Of a DNA stretch of 64,000 bases, positions 9,574 through 19,631 are shown piece by piece (position 1 is the stretch's first letter; each line of letters starts with the position of its first letter). Source of the stretch: an uncultured virus (IMG/VR IMGVR_UViG_3300025072_000003) (taxonomy: Duplodnaviria; Heunggongvirae; Uroviricota; Caudoviricetes); the IMG/VR virus record IMGVR_UViG_3300025072_000003. One strand, given 5' to 3'. Under the pieces are notes generated by a model. It did no database searches. It was not told the DNA's origin and was given only the letters and a program-made list of their open reading frames with translations. The position numbers and the translations under genes are program-made.

Positions 9574-10033
9574 CGGCGGCAGTTAAATTATGAAACGAAA
9601 TGTCTGGAATCTTCTCAGTCTTTGTGGGTTCCGTCTCTTTCAACTCTCTTTTGTATTTTCCCAACATCTCAAGTTTTTCATCAAGTGTCAATCTGGAAAT
9701 CTGTTGGCGTCTGGAATCTACCTCTAGGACTATCTCTGGCTCTGGCTGAACAGGTTTTGGACGACGGACGAATCTTATCCAATCCCTATGAAAACAATGT
9801 TCATTACTATCTTCGAATCCTATGGGACGATATTGGGGAAGAGGATCTATGGGACTTACAACCAAGTGTAAATCTTCGTATAAATAGCCCTCGTGATTCA
9901 TGCCAGAAACTCCTCTAATGACAATTAGAAGACCTCCCTTGACAAACATACCGTCCACACCATCGCCAATAGCCTTCCAATAGCCGTTGTCGATTCGCAC
10001 TATGTCGCCCGCTTTAATCATTTTGTTCTCCAC
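9536..10033 (-). CDS. hypothetical protein
   Basis: first ORF after promoter at 10038-10066. Confidence 0.6.
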   Translation of the reverse strand: MENKMIKAGDIVRIDNGYWKAIGDGVDGMFVKGGLLIVIRGVSGMNHEGYLYEDLHLVVSPIDPLPQYRPIGFEDSNEHCFHRDWIRFVRRPKPVQPEPEIVLEVDSRRQQISRLTLDEKLEMLGKYKRELKETEPTKTEKIPDISFHNLTAADDDINWRIYDSC

Positions 10034-10037
10034 TACA

Positions 10038-10066
10038 ATCTTACTTCAAAATTGCCAATTTGTCAA
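10038..10066 (-). promoter_or_regulatory. promoter TTGACA-N17-TAAGAT with TTTTGAAG
   Basis: same family as 7570. Confidence 0.75.
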
Positions 10067-10172
10067 ATAAGATCGTAAAATATCTGAGTTTTAAGTGATT
10101 TTATGGCGATTTAGAGATGATTAGGCACGCTGGGGCAAGCATTTTTTTGCCATAGGCAAAAAAATAACGACC

Positions 10173-10358
10173 CTAGTACCCCTCAAGACCTTCAAATTCT
10201 ATTCCAGCCGATTCACATATTGCCTGTGCCACATTGTGCATTACCATATCAGGATGGTGATCATAATCAACTCGACATAATTCATTTTCCTGTTCATCAA
10301 CCAAGTACAAGTATGGCGAGTCATCATCTGGGCATACGATTTTAATTTTGTTGGTCAT
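10173..10358 (-). CDS. hypothetical protein
   Basis: GAGG RBS. Confidence 0.55.
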   Translation of the reverse strand: MTNKIKIVCPDDDSPYLYLVDEQENELCRVDYDHHPDMVMHNVAQAICESAGIEFEGLEGY

Positions 10359-10725
10359 TTTCTTGTTCCTCTAAATAAAGTTTAAGGGACTTCACGGCTT
10401 CTAAAAACACACCATCTCTTTCAATGTCATCTCTCAATCCTTTCCAAGAATCTCCGTATTCTCCGCGAACCAAGTCTTGATAATTACGAAGTTTATCTTC
10501 AAATTTGTCAACATCTATCTGAGAAGCAACATCAAACATCAAATCTTTAAGAACCGCTCCTTTTCCCCACTTAGGACTTTTCATTTCTTTAATACGTTTG
10601 CTTGAATCAAAACCTCCGCCTAATTCTTTCTCCACACCTCTAAGCTCTGCAACAGTGTCAACCTTAAGTGGCAAACGAATTGTTTTGCCCAACAATTCAA
10701 CTTCTACTGATTTAATTTTAGTCAT
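10342..10725 (-). CDS. hypothetical protein
   Basis: coupled ORF. Confidence 0.6.
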   Translation of the reverse strand: MTKIKSVEVELLGKTIRLPLKVDTVAELRGVEKELGGGFDSSKRIKEMKSPKWGKGAVLKDLMFDVASQIDVDKFEDKLRNYQDLVRGEYGDSWKGLRDDIERDGVFLEAVKSLKLYLEEQENDQQN

Positions 10726-11360
10726 CTTCCTTGCTCCCTACTATTGTCTTTGAGAATTTTAATTAGTTCTGGGTTCTCTTTAATTTTGACCTTCAACTCT
10801 TCAAGCCACCACTCAGTCTTAACCTTACGCATCCATTGTTTGTTCTTGTGCCATCCCTTTGCCACAACACCTTCAATATTTTGCATCTTGCGAACCTCTT
10901 CAACAAACTGTTTGTTGAGGTTGCCCTCGTAAATAACTGGCGCGGAGTCAAGATGACTAAAGTTACTAATAAATTCGCGAGGGGCAATGACACCTTTTTT
11001 ATAAATATCTACATCTATAAGGGTAAGAGTTTTGTCTTCATTCGGATCATGCCATCCGGCGAACGAGTTTTCTCCATAGTATTCAAAAAAGCACGTTGCA
11101 CGTTGCACTCCACGATAATCTTTGTTATCGGCAAACACTTGAGAAAGATCTTCTGACCACTTTTCCAAGAACAAAGGAATTGCTTTTCCGAAGTCTGGGT
11201 CGTTCTCGTCGAACAGACGCCATCGTGTGCCGTACTTGTTCCAACCACCCTTGCGATTCCATTCGAACCTAAGATTGCTCCCATCGAACTTGTGGAAGGC
11301 TATACAGGGGAGATTAGGCATCAACCGTGATGGACCGTCAATTTTTGGGTAGGTTTTCAT
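10722..11360 (-). CDS. RNA ligase-family nucleotidyltransferase
   Basis: YPKI, KFDGSNLR (motif I), FFEYYG, EGVVAK, KVKT motifs. Confidence 0.75.
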   Translation of the reverse strand: MKTYPKIDGPSRLMPNLPCIAFHKFDGSNLRFEWNRKGGWNKYGTRWRLFDENDPDFGKAIPLFLEKWSEDLSQVFADNKDYRGVQRATCFFEYYGENSFAGWHDPNEDKTLTLIDVDIYKKGVIAPREFISNFSHLDSAPVIYEGNLNKQFVEEVRKMQNIEGVVAKGWHKNKQWMRKVKTEWWLEELKVKIKENPELIKILKDNSREQGR

Positions 11361-11576
11361 ATTCCCTTTTAACTTCTCATGCCATGGAAAGAGAAATCGT
11401 TTACAAACTGATAATTCGCCTGTCCCTGGTGTAGAGAAAGTGCCGAATCATCATCTGCCTTAAACAGTAGGACGTTTTCAGATTCTTGGTCTAGACGATC
11501 AATGACATAATCAATTGATTCCTTTGACCCAAAAACAGTGTGGGCAACATCGCCCTCTTTCCAACACAATTTGTAA

Positions 11577-12092
11577 TTATTCATCGTTTTCATCTTTCTT
11601 TTTACGTTGCCAAATCTTCCAGTTAACTCCTTCGTAATCTTCATCATCTTTGTGCTTGTCGAACTTACTTTCTTTTTTCAGACCTTTAATTAATCCATCT
11701 CTTCCCTGAATGATCTTCTCCCCGACCCATTCTCCAACAATCTTAGATTTGTTGTAATCTGTCTGGACACGAACCAAATCGTCAACGTCTTCCTTGTCAA
11801 CGGTTCGATCATCTACTCCATCAGGTCCAAAAGACCTCACAGTATAGGTAAATAAATTCTCGCTCTCGATAGCATCTTCATACAAGAGTGGAGAACCCCA
11901 TAAATCTACTGCGGTTCCTTTTTCGTTTGTTTTGGCGTAAGATTTTGCTTCTGCATAAAGAAGATCTGTTGTTTCGTCCAACTGTCGCTTCTTCTCTGCC
12001 AATCGTCTGAATCTTAGCCCTGTCGTGACAACAGAACAAACAAAAACAACGGCAAGCAACCCAACAACTACATTTCTAGTGGTTTCATTCAT
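11577..12092 (-). CDS. membrane-anchored protein with GspG/T2SSG-like C-terminal motif
   Basis: N-terminal TM; DLWGSPLLY...YTVRSFGPDG resembles the DPWG..Y.Y...S.GPDG motif. Confidence 0.5.
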   Translation of the reverse strand: MNETTRNVVVGLLAVVFVCSVVTTGLRFRRLAEKKRQLDETTDLLYAEAKSYAKTNEKGTAVDLWGSPLLYEDAIESENLFTYTVRSFGPDGVDDRTVDKEDVDDLVRVQTDYNKSKIVGEWVGEKIIQGRDGLIKGLKKESKFDKHKDDEDYEGVNWKIWQRKKKDENDE

Positions 12093-12510
12093 TCTTCCAA
12101 TCCTCTCCTTCATCAATATTAAAATCTTCAAATTCGTCACTTATTGCATCCATAGCTTCCTCGCTAGCACGTTCGCCAATGAGTGACATTCTGGAACTAA
12201 CAACAGACGCATACACCATTGATTTTTTGATCATCCAAGGATTGTCTGAATAAATAACGATCAGTTTTTCAATTTCTTCGTCAGAATAAGCTTCTTCAAG
12301 TGCAATTCTAGTAATTGCATGCACATCGTCAAATAATCTTTTGTATGCTTTTTTAACCTCTTCAGAAAACCTATCAAAAAACCTTTTGGCTGTGGAGGGA
12401 GCATTTTTTTTGATAGCATTGACAACAACATCAACTCCAAAAGATGAAACTTCCTCCCAAGACTCTTCTGTGTGTATAATCCCTGTTAATTTCTCTGAGA
12501 TTTCACTCAT
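12085..12510 (-). CDS. helical hypothetical protein (DUF2059-like)
   Basis: EEAYSDEEIEKLIVIY segment. Confidence 0.45.
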   Translation of the reverse strand: MSEISEKLTGIIHTEESWEEVSSFGVDVVVNAIKKNAPSTAKRFFDRFSEEVKKAYKRLFDDVHAITRIALEEAYSDEEIEKLIVIYSDNPWMIKKSMVYASVVSSRMSLIGERASEEAMDAISDEFEDFNIDEGEDWKNE

Positions 12511-12658
12511 TTGATTTCCTTTATGCTTTTTACAAATTGATCGTTTTCCAGATACGCTCTTACGATTCGACTTTGTGCCGATTGGAGATTTCTTCCTGCC
12601 ACTGTCTCTATAAATTGCGTATCTCTATGGGTAACAACTTTGAATTTGAAGTCTTGCA

Positions 12659-13114
12659 TTATTTTGTCGCCTTGTGTAAAGAAAGAACTTGCTCTCCCTT
12701 ATCATATGCTTCGATTCCAACCACTCTATAGTTTGTTCCGCCTTCAATTTTAACATGCTGCTCGATGTAGTACACCTTGACCACATGCCACCCTTTTACA
12801 TTTTCGGAAATTTGATTAGCCAAAGTTTCGTCCATAACATTTGCATGCCAAGCGCCTCCTTCACCTTGCCCAGTCTTGCCAACATGGTTGCCAGTGCCGT
12901 ATCCAATAGTCCCTAATTCAATCTCGTAGGACTTTGTTCCTAGAGCGCCACTTTGCTTGTTAGAGATCTTATGCAAGTGACCCCATCTTTGCCCTTCGGA
13001 AAGCTTATTACCATAAATGATAGACGCTGGCGAGCATCCAGCCCAGCTAGACAAAACCAAAGAAGCAACAATTAATGAGCCAACAACCAACGCAATTACA
13101 ATCGCTTTTTTCAT
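12659..13114 (-). CDS. secreted/lipoprotein-like hypothetical protein
   Basis: signal peptide ending WAGC, GAGG RBS. Confidence 0.6.
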   Translation of the reverse strand: MKKAIVIALVVGSLIVASLVLSSWAGCSPASIIYGNKLSEGQRWGHLHKISNKQSGALGTKSYEIELGTIGYGTGNHVGKTGQGEGGAWHANVMDETLANQISENVKGWHVVKVYYIEQHVKIEGGTNYRVVGIEAYDKGEQVLSLHKATK

Positions 13115-13395
13115 ATCATCCTCTTGTTAAGGGATTTCCAGTAGCAAAAACAAAAAAGAATACAACTACGGCAAGAAGCATCATCCAACCAATAGGCGAT
13201 GCCAATACTGCAATAATAAATCCAACAACAAAAAACACTATCATTAGAATTGGAACTGCTAAAAACAAACCGCCCATAATCATGACCGACCAATACAATA
13301 AAATCAATAAAGGATTTTCCTCTTCCATCATTTTTGCCTTTCTAAATGGGAACAGTAGGTTATTGACCAAAATTCCGCTTTCTGACAGTTTTCGA

Positions 13396-13611
13396 CTAAG
13401 ATTCTTGAGATTCGTAATATTTCTTTTTTCGCCAAAACTGCAAATCTTCGTCAAGTTGACGTTTATACGAATACAAGGACGGTGGCAGTTTCCCGGCAGA
13501 TTCTAAAACTTCAAATAATTGTTGCCCGAAGTCTCCATTACACGCGAGCATCAATGCCCCGTCAATGTTAGTTTGATTAAATACTGGTACGTCATTTGCT
13601 GCTGTAGTCAT
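13396..13611 (-). CDS. hypothetical protein
   Basis: GGAG RBS. Confidence 0.55.
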   Translation of the reverse strand: MTTAANDVPVFNQTNIDGALMLACNGDFGQQLFEVLESAGKLPPSLYSYKRQLDEDLQFWRKKKYYESQES

Positions 13612-13678
13612 CTAGCTTCTCCAATTTATGATAGTATTTCATTAAATCCCTACGTCTCTGTAATAATGATTATGTCAT

Positions 13679-13870
13679 TTAATCGACTCCTAAAAAATTG
13701 CTTTTCTCAAACCTGACTTCTGCTCCTGTTCTAACGTCTGGATGGTATCCATATCCTCCATCAAGAGGGTGAGAATCAACTGCCCAATCTTTGTTGACGC
13801 TAAGGCTTAAAATAGCCTTGCACCCTGTTAACGGCAACAACAACAGCAATACGAACGTCCATGTTCTCAT
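13679..13870 (-). CDS. small lipoprotein
   Basis: lipobox LTGC. Confidence 0.55.
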   Translation of the reverse strand: MRTWTFVLLLLLPLTGCKAILSLSVNKDWAVDSHPLDGGYGYHPDVRTGAEVRFEKSNFLGVD

Positions 13871-14068
13871 AATGATTATCCCTTAAAAATTCTATTTATA
13901 ATTCCGCCTGCCATCGCATCAATGCTGTAGGCGAACAAAAGACCCAATGCAATTGGAATTATAAATGGCAACGCCAAAACGACAACAATTCCAATGCACA
14001 GTGCAATGAAAATACAAAAACATATTATTACTGCCTGTATAGCAAGAGTAATTAAATCGTCCATTTTG

Positions 14069-15220
14069 TTATGCTCCCAACAGTACGGTAATGCCTCGCT
14101 TTTCAAGCTCGGCAATCCCCGCATCTAAAATAGTAACGCCACGACTGCCAACACCAACCATACGGGATGATAACATTGGAGGAAGCAAGAATTTAGAAAT
14201 TTCCCTCTCCTTGCAACCGACCCCATTTTGGTATCCCAAGTTCTTCATTGACATTGGACCATTAATGAGCGCAATCAAAACAGACAGCCTCTTTTTGCTC
14301 ATTCCGTACTTATCAATGTCATTTCTCTCAGCAACTTTGTTGGCAATTTCTTCCCAGCCAGATTCACAATCCCTCTCACGCACCAGTCGCATTTCTCTGG
14401 CAAATGCCAATGCTGTTCTAGGAACGTGATCAGAATACTTAGCTACCAACTTGCACAAATCATACTTCCAATCATTGTTGTTCAATTGGACAATTTTAGC
14501 AATTTCATCATAATCATAAAGTGACAAATTAAGTTTGCCAGTAAATCGAGTAACGAAAGCATCAAATAGATCCCCAGCATCGGTAGTTCCGATCATCCAG
14601 GTCACATGCGAGCAATTTGCTGTATATCCCTGTGGAGTTGTCAAAATGCCATCATCGTACTCTGTTGCTTTGAGCAACCCCTGAACAACAGCATTTGGCA
14701 AATCATGGACTTCATCGAAAAACAGAACCATCGGAGGCAATTCAAAATGACCTTCACGATTCATGAAAACCAAAGGAAATCCATGCTTTCTTACAAGCAC
14801 ATCATTGATCTGTTGAAGTACATAATCGGTATTCTTACAAGCCGAACTACTGATTTCCACAAATGGTAAACCTAATGACTTTGCAAAAATTTTAGCCAAC
14901 GTAGTTTTTCCAGTAGATGCAGGTCCAAAAAGTGCCCATGCAATTTCACTACAGCGATGGTCATTTTTGCCCAATGCTGAATAAGCCGCATCTGAAAGTC
15001 TATCGACAGACGAACGATTTCCAATAAACTTAGAGAATGGCGACCCATCAATGTCTGGGTTGCACCACATATCTCTACCGAAATCATCTTCGTAGACCCT
15101 AAAAAGAAGCTTTTTCTGTTTTGGAAATTCATCACTTGCATATCCCCAAGCAAATTTAGGCTTCTGCTTCTTTTTTACAGCTTCTTTAGGCTCTGAATTG
15201 CCAAAAATACTGTTAAACAT
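14069..15220 (-). CDS. RuvB-like AAA+ ATPase
   Basis: Walker A GPASTGKTT, Walker B FFDEVH, IGTTDAG, RF, PRTAL and C-terminal RG.T typical of RuvB. Confidence 0.75.
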   Translation of the reverse strand: MFNSIFGNSEPKEAVKKKQKPKFAWGYASDEFPKQKKLLFRVYEDDFGRDMWCNPDIDGSPFSKFIGNRSSVDRLSDAAYSALGKNDHRCSEIAWALFGPASTGKTTLAKIFAKSLGLPFVEISSSACKNTDYVLQQINDVLVRKHGFPLVFMNREGHFELPPMVLFFDEVHDLPNAVVQGLLKATEYDDGILTTPQGYTANCSHVTWMIGTTDAGDLFDAFVTRFTGKLNLSLYDYDEIAKIVQLNNNDWKYDLCKLVAKYSDHVPRTALAFAREMRLVRERDCESGWEEIANKVAERNDIDKYGMSKKRLSVLIALINGPMSMKNLGYQNGVGCKEREISKFLLPPMLSSRMVGVGSRGVTILDAGIAELEKRGITVLLGA

Positions 15221-15259
15221 TATTATTCTTCTCCATTAAAAGAAACGTTACAATAGTAG

Positions 15260-15287
15260 GTTGACTGAGAATTGATTTTCTGACAAC
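15260..15287. repeat. 28-bp dispersed element copy 4 (GTTGACTGAGAATTGATTTTCTGACAAC)
   Basis: 2 mismatches; between sigma-like gene and RuvB-like gene. Confidence 0.9.
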
Positions 15288-15295
15288 AAAACCAC

Positions 15296-16333
15296 CTAAA
15301 CTTTCTTTGATGAATAATATGCTTCTTGGACTCTGATCCGTATGCTTGGCAAAATTTGATGAACCCACTGCCTAGTGTAGTTCTCTCCTGTTTTTGGATT
15401 AATGTTCCTTTCTGCAACATCAGATTGCCATCCCCAATATTCCTTCAGAGAAGTTGTAAATACATCCATCTCCGCTTTTGACAGCCCAGCATTCTCAACA
15501 GCATCAAACATATCTGGTTCCACAAGCTCCTTTTGTCTCCTATTATCAACGTCCAACGTTGTGTAGTCTGCGTAAAGTCCAGCCTCAAACTCTTCTCCAT
15601 TATTGCAAGCTGAGAACATTTGCGACTCATTGATAATATTCCTTGAAAAACCTTCAATGCCTTTTATTTTATCAATTTCAAACTCGCCACCTTTAACAGC
15701 AATATCAACAATTTCATCGTAACTTAACTCAGGATATTTTTGACTGATTTTATCAAATTTTCCAGAATTAATTAAATCTTGGACCTTAAGCCCTCCAAGA
15801 AGACTCGCTTTGGCTGTAAAAGTAATCATGCCATTGTTGACAACACTGTAAACATATGTTACAAATGTAACATTTTTTCTGTTTGCTTTATCCCCATTGA
15901 AGACTGAGTTTTTTGAAACACCATACGCAAAAATGCCATTGATGAAACAGATAATAGCCTCCTGTCCATAGTCCTCGGCGCAGGAACCTGTAGACGCTCC
16001 TGATCTGTTGTGCCATCGGCTTGCAATTTGACGAATTAGTCCAATACAAGATTGGATCATTGTCCATTCAATTTCCTTCACCGCTCGTATTTCTTTTGCG
16101 TCCTCTTCTGGGATGCAGCTTTCTTCTAGGTCAATCTTTCCATCGAAAAATAACTTTCTAAATGTACGTCTTTGACGAGGACCTAAAAGCCTGTCAGAGT
16201 GTGCAGCAAGTTTTTTGTTCCCTTTTCTCATTATGTTGGAATATTTTGTTTTTTCTTCTGCCGACAAATTAATTTGTGTAATGTATTCGAGCATAACCGC
16301 CGCTTTCCTAAGAGCAAATATTTGGCGGATCAC
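15296..16333 (-). CDS. divergent sigma-70-like factor
   Basis: region 2-like LIRQIASRW...EDYGQEAIICFI...FVTYVY; region 4-like YTRQWVHQI; start may be 16294. Confidence 0.55.
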   Translation of the reverse strand: MIRQIFALRKAAVMLEYITQINLSAEEKTKYSNIMRKGNKKLAAHSDRLLGPRQRRTFRKLFFDGKIDLEESCIPEEDAKEIRAVKEIEWTMIQSCIGLIRQIASRWHNRSGASTGSCAEDYGQEAIICFINGIFAYGVSKNSVFNGDKANRKNVTFVTYVYSVVNNGMITFTAKASLLGGLKVQDLINSGKFDKISQKYPELSYDEIVDIAVKGGEFEIDKIKGIEGFSRNIINESQMFSACNNGEEFEAGLYADYTTLDVDNRRQKELVEPDMFDAVENAGLSKAEMDVFTTSLKEYWGWQSDVAERNINPKTGENYTRQWVHQILPSIRIRVQEAYYSSKKV

Positions 16334-16372
16334 TCACCATTGAGTGACCCGCCATTCGAGAAGCAAATTTAA

Positions 16373-17380
16373 TTAAGCCGCTTCAATGACAGGCGCTAAT
16401 TCCACTTCGGCATCTGCAAGTCGTTTTCGACTATCATTGATTGCCTCTTCGATGGTTTCATATCGCATAAGATCGGCACAAGCGCCAATGTAACCAATAA
16501 GCTGGTTTCCATCAGCCCCTTCGTCAAGTGCATCAAAGGCACGAACCGTATCGTCAAGCAAATCCTCCGCTTGCTTAATTCCAACCGTCCTGCGACGATT
16601 TTCATTCTTCTGACCAACTGGACCAAGACCGCCAGCCTTCTTTTTGGCTTGCGTCAATCCAATCTTCCCGCCATCAAGATCAAGCAACTCTTTATGAGTC
16701 AACTGATGTTTGCCCGTCACCAATTTGAGCATTGATCGAACTTCTTGGTATGCCGCAGTTCCAGATTTGCGTGGATTGCCAGAAAAGAACATTTCAGCGA
16801 TGTCTGCAATCGACATTCCATCCGACTTGAGATCTTTGTACGTCAAAGCAACCTCAGATGGTGCTGGATTACGACGAAGAAAGTTTTCAGCGATCCCCAT
16901 GTTGTACGACTTGTCCTTAGTCGCTCTGACAACTGTTGCCAAAACAGAACTATACTTACGACCATACTTTGCAAACAAGTAAGCGGTTGCCAAAATTCGA
17001 CGCTCACCAAAAATAATACGGTAACGAACAATTCGCTTGCCAGTTTCGGGATCTTTTGCCTTAATTCGATAAGAGGTCAAGCAAACAGCTTGCAATTGAC
17101 CGTCTTTAAGACCAGGGACACCAGCGCCACCCTCGGCAAGAGCCTTGATCGAATCAAGACCTTCGGACTCATGCTCATCAATTAGAGCCACAAACTTTTC
17201 GCGATCCTCTGGACTGTCCGACAATGCAAGATCCTTTACAAGGTCAATAGGAAGAGGCAAATCGCTTTCATCCCTTGGATCAGCAGTGATTCCAGCCGCC
17301 GTCATATTCGGCAGTGGGTTTCGGCTGTTGTGAGAACTCGTAATGTCAGCCAACTCAATACTCGTGTCATCATTCTTCAT
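16373..17380 (-). CDS. ParB-like protein
   Basis: GQLQAV, YRIIFGERRILA, ENFLR motifs; GGAG RBS before ATG 17380. Confidence 0.7.
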   Translation of the reverse strand: MKNDDTSIELADITSSHNSRNPLPNMTAAGITADPRDESDLPLPIDLVKDLALSDSPEDREKFVALIDEHESEGLDSIKALAEGGAGVPGLKDGQLQAVCLTSYRIKAKDPETGKRIVRYRIIFGERRILATAYLFAKYGRKYSSVLATVVRATKDKSYNMGIAENFLRRNPAPSEVALTYKDLKSDGMSIADIAEMFFSGNPRKSGTAAYQEVRSMLKLVTGKHQLTHKELLDLDGGKIGLTQAKKKAGGLGPVGQKNENRRRTVGIKQAEDLLDDTVRAFDALDEGADGNQLIGYIGACADLMRYETIEEAINDSRKRLADAEVELAPVIEAA

Positions 17381-17448
17381 CAAAACTCTCCGCAATTATT
17401 AGAAGTGTCATCATTGTTGCTCCCAACGAGCAATCTTACACAGGGCAA

Positions 17449-17476
17449 GTTGTCTGAGATCGTTTTTTCTGACAAC
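17449..17476. repeat. 28-bp dispersed element copy 5 (GTTGTCTGAGATCGTTTTTTCTGACAAC)
   Basis: conserved arms, different centre. Confidence 0.8.
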
Positions 17477-17496
17477 CATTTTGAAAAATAATATGA

Positions 17497-17700
17497 TTAA
17501 CCCAAAAGAGGGGTTATTGCGAATCCAATTAGAAAGAGTATTGTAAATGCACCACAGATAAAAAACAAGCCTGCCGACTGATTTTGTTCAGTATATCGCC
17601 AACAATACAAATGAAAATAACCTACCAAAAATCGCAGGGAAATAGCCAATGGAGCGCCAACAATACAAATGAAAATAGCCCACCAACGCAAATTACTCAT
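17497..17700 (-). CDS. small membrane protein
   Basis: two hydrophobic segments. Confidence 0.55.
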   Translation of the reverse strand: MSNLRWWAIFICIVGAPLAISLRFLVGYFHLYCWRYTEQNQSAGLFFICGAFTILFLIGFAITPLLG

Positions 17701-17900
17701 TATCTTTTATGCCCTACATGAAACTTGCCACAAAATGGACAAGAATATACGTGTAAATTGTCTTCACCCCTTGCCCTCAACTCTTTGACGCCAGCATAGG
17801 CGCTTCTTTTGCTCAAATATCCAATTTTACGACCACATTGACCGTTTTTAATTGCTATATCTGACCTGCGCTTTGTGATCTTTTTTTTCTTTTTACCCAT
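17700..17900 (-). CDS. small basic Zn-ribbon protein
   Basis: CGRKIGY...YSCPFCGKFHVGH; start moved to MGKKKK after GGAG, downstream of promoter. Confidence 0.65.
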   Translation of the reverse strand: MGKKKKKITKRRSDIAIKNGQCGRKIGYLSKRSAYAGVKELRARGEDNLHVYSCPFCGKFHVGHKR

Positions 17901-17931
17901 GAAAAAAAACTCCAATTTGAATAGGTTTATC

Positions 17932-17960
17932 ATTATACTCTGCAAAACACTATTTGGTAA
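17932..17960 (-). promoter_or_regulatory. promoter TTACCA-N17-TATAAT
   Basis: shares ctatttggtaagtca with promoter at 37444. Confidence 0.6.
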
Positions 17961-18025
17961 GTCAAAAAAAAGAAAGATCACAAAAACACACTTTTGACAT
18001 AAATAGTTGTACCAAAGGAGGGGCA

Positions 18026-18772
18026 ATGAAATATGTAATCGCTCTAGCAATAGCAATAGCAATGACTTTCACAATGCCAGCACGAGCACAAACGTGGAGA
18101 AATGTTCATTCTTCCACAGCACGCGAAGGCGCATTGAGAGGGGCAGCATCTTTAAGAGCAAGCCAAGGATACTTCTTGAGAAATTTAGGCAGATACAACA
18201 TCTTAAATCAAGAAGCACACAGTTTAGCCATTGAAAACCACTTAAAAAGGGTACACACATGGTGGCAGCTTAGAGATGAAAACCGTGCCAGATGGCACAG
18301 AGACAATCCAACATGGCTCGAAAAAGAAAGTCATCGTTTGGATATGGCTGAACAAGCACACGCTTTAAAAATTCGTCGGCAAAAGCTGATAGAACAAGGA
18401 GTTTTGCCAAAGCCGCCAGAAAAATCTTTCACATACAATTATAAAACTTATAAATCATATGAAGATTTCAAGAAAACAAATGATTGGGTGAAAATGTCTT
18501 TTGGTGCAATTTTAAGACAAGAAGAACGTAAACTTGAACTTGAAAAATCGAGCACAAAAATTAGTGAGTCTTTAGAATTTCAAGCTTGGTACAATAGTTT
18601 ATCCTATGCACAAAAGAAACAGTATAGTGGCAGACTAAAAGAAGAGCACAAAAATTATAATGACAAAGACTACGTGCAAAAAAAGGCTGCTATAAAATTC
18701 TATAGTGCAAGACCTTATCTAAAGCCAATGGCAGGAAAAAATGGATTGCCTCCATGGCCTTTCGATGACTAG
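18026..18772 (+). CDS. secreted hypothetical protein, Planctomycete-type family
   Basis: AAGGAGG RBS, signal peptide ending ARA; STAREG...GRYN...IEN...TWW segment. Confidence 0.65.
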   Translation: MKYVIALAIAIAMTFTMPARAQTWRNVHSSTAREGALRGAASLRASQGYFLRNLGRYNILNQEAHSLAIENHLKRVHTWWQLRDENRARWHRDNPTWLEKESHRLDMAEQAHALKIRRQKLIEQGVLPKPPEKSFTYNYKTYKSYEDFKKTNDWVKMSFGAILRQEERKLELEKSSTKISESLEFQAWYNSLSYAQKKQYSGRLKEEHKNYNDKDYVQKKAAIKFYSARPYLKPMAGKNGLPPWPFDD

Positions 18773-19006
18773 TTTCACAAAACCGAAGACGCCACGAGCA
18801 CAAAATGCTTGTGGCGTTTTTTTATTGTTGAGCGCACAAACCACATGGGCGTTTTAATTTTAATTAATCGAGCACAAAAACATATAATTATCGAGCACAA
18901 AAATTCCAAAATCCCCATTATATAATTACATGTCTGAAAGAGTAAGCGTTTTTGAGGGCAAAACGCCTGTCATAATAATTGCTCCCCATTGTCCAGAGAG
19001 CACAAA
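18084..19006 (+). repeat. cluster of GAGCACAAA direct repeats
   Basis: exact copies at 18084, 18550, 18644, 18796, 18870, 18893 and 18998; variant at 18832. Confidence 0.75.
18789..18823 (+). terminator. intrinsic terminator
   Basis: ACGCCACGAGCA/TGCTTGTGGCGT stem followed by T run. Confidence 0.75.
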
Positions 19007-19631
19007 CACTAATTTCATTGCTGAGCAAATGATTAGTTCATTGGGGTGCTATGGAGTCATAAATCGTGGGTGGCGTAAAAGTGACACATTTAATTATGAC
19101 GAGGAAGAGGCAGACTGCAACAACATAGATCACATTCACAATGACGTAATTAAAAATGAATTTTTAATTCCAATCTTAAGATTTCATCAAAGAATCAGAA
19201 AGTCGCATAGTGAAGCGCACATTTTCATCATAAGGGGTGTTAAATCTGAAGCCAAACATGAATCTGGAGATCCATTTTTAGATATTATCTTAGGCTATGG
19301 TGCTGGCAAGCCACCTGCCTATAGTTTTGGTCTTTTGAAAAAAGACTTCTATGTTGATTATATTGAAAAAGGTGGTCTGATTGTGTATGAGGGAAAACCT
19401 CGCAGCAATCATTCGGCACGGAGCAAATTAAGCCTCAATCAACTATTCAACATTAGCTTTTGGTATCAGGACAAGATCACAAACTCTATGCAAATAGAAG
19501 TTATAAATGATTTAAGGGAAGATGAAGAAATATCAAGGATAACAGGCGAGTTTCTTGCTGACGGAGTAAAGTCACTCCTTAACATGAAGAATTGGAATCG
19601 TCCAATCAACAAGAAACAAAAACTCATTTAG
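18930..19631 (+). CDS. hypothetical protein, possible N-formylglutamate amidohydrolase-like fold
   Basis: PVIIIAPH, VINRG, DCN and MQIEV motifs; weak. Confidence 0.4.
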   Translation: MSERVSVFEGKTPVIIIAPHCPESTNTNFIAEQMISSLGCYGVINRGWRKSDTFNYDEEEADCNNIDHIHNDVIKNEFLIPILRFHQRIRKSHSEAHIFIIRGVKSEAKHESGDPFLDIILGYGAGKPPAYSFGLLKKDFYVDYIEKGGLIVYEGKPRSNHSARSKLSLNQLFNISFWYQDKITNSMQIEVINDLREDEEISRITGEFLADGVKSLLNMKNWNRPINKKQKLI

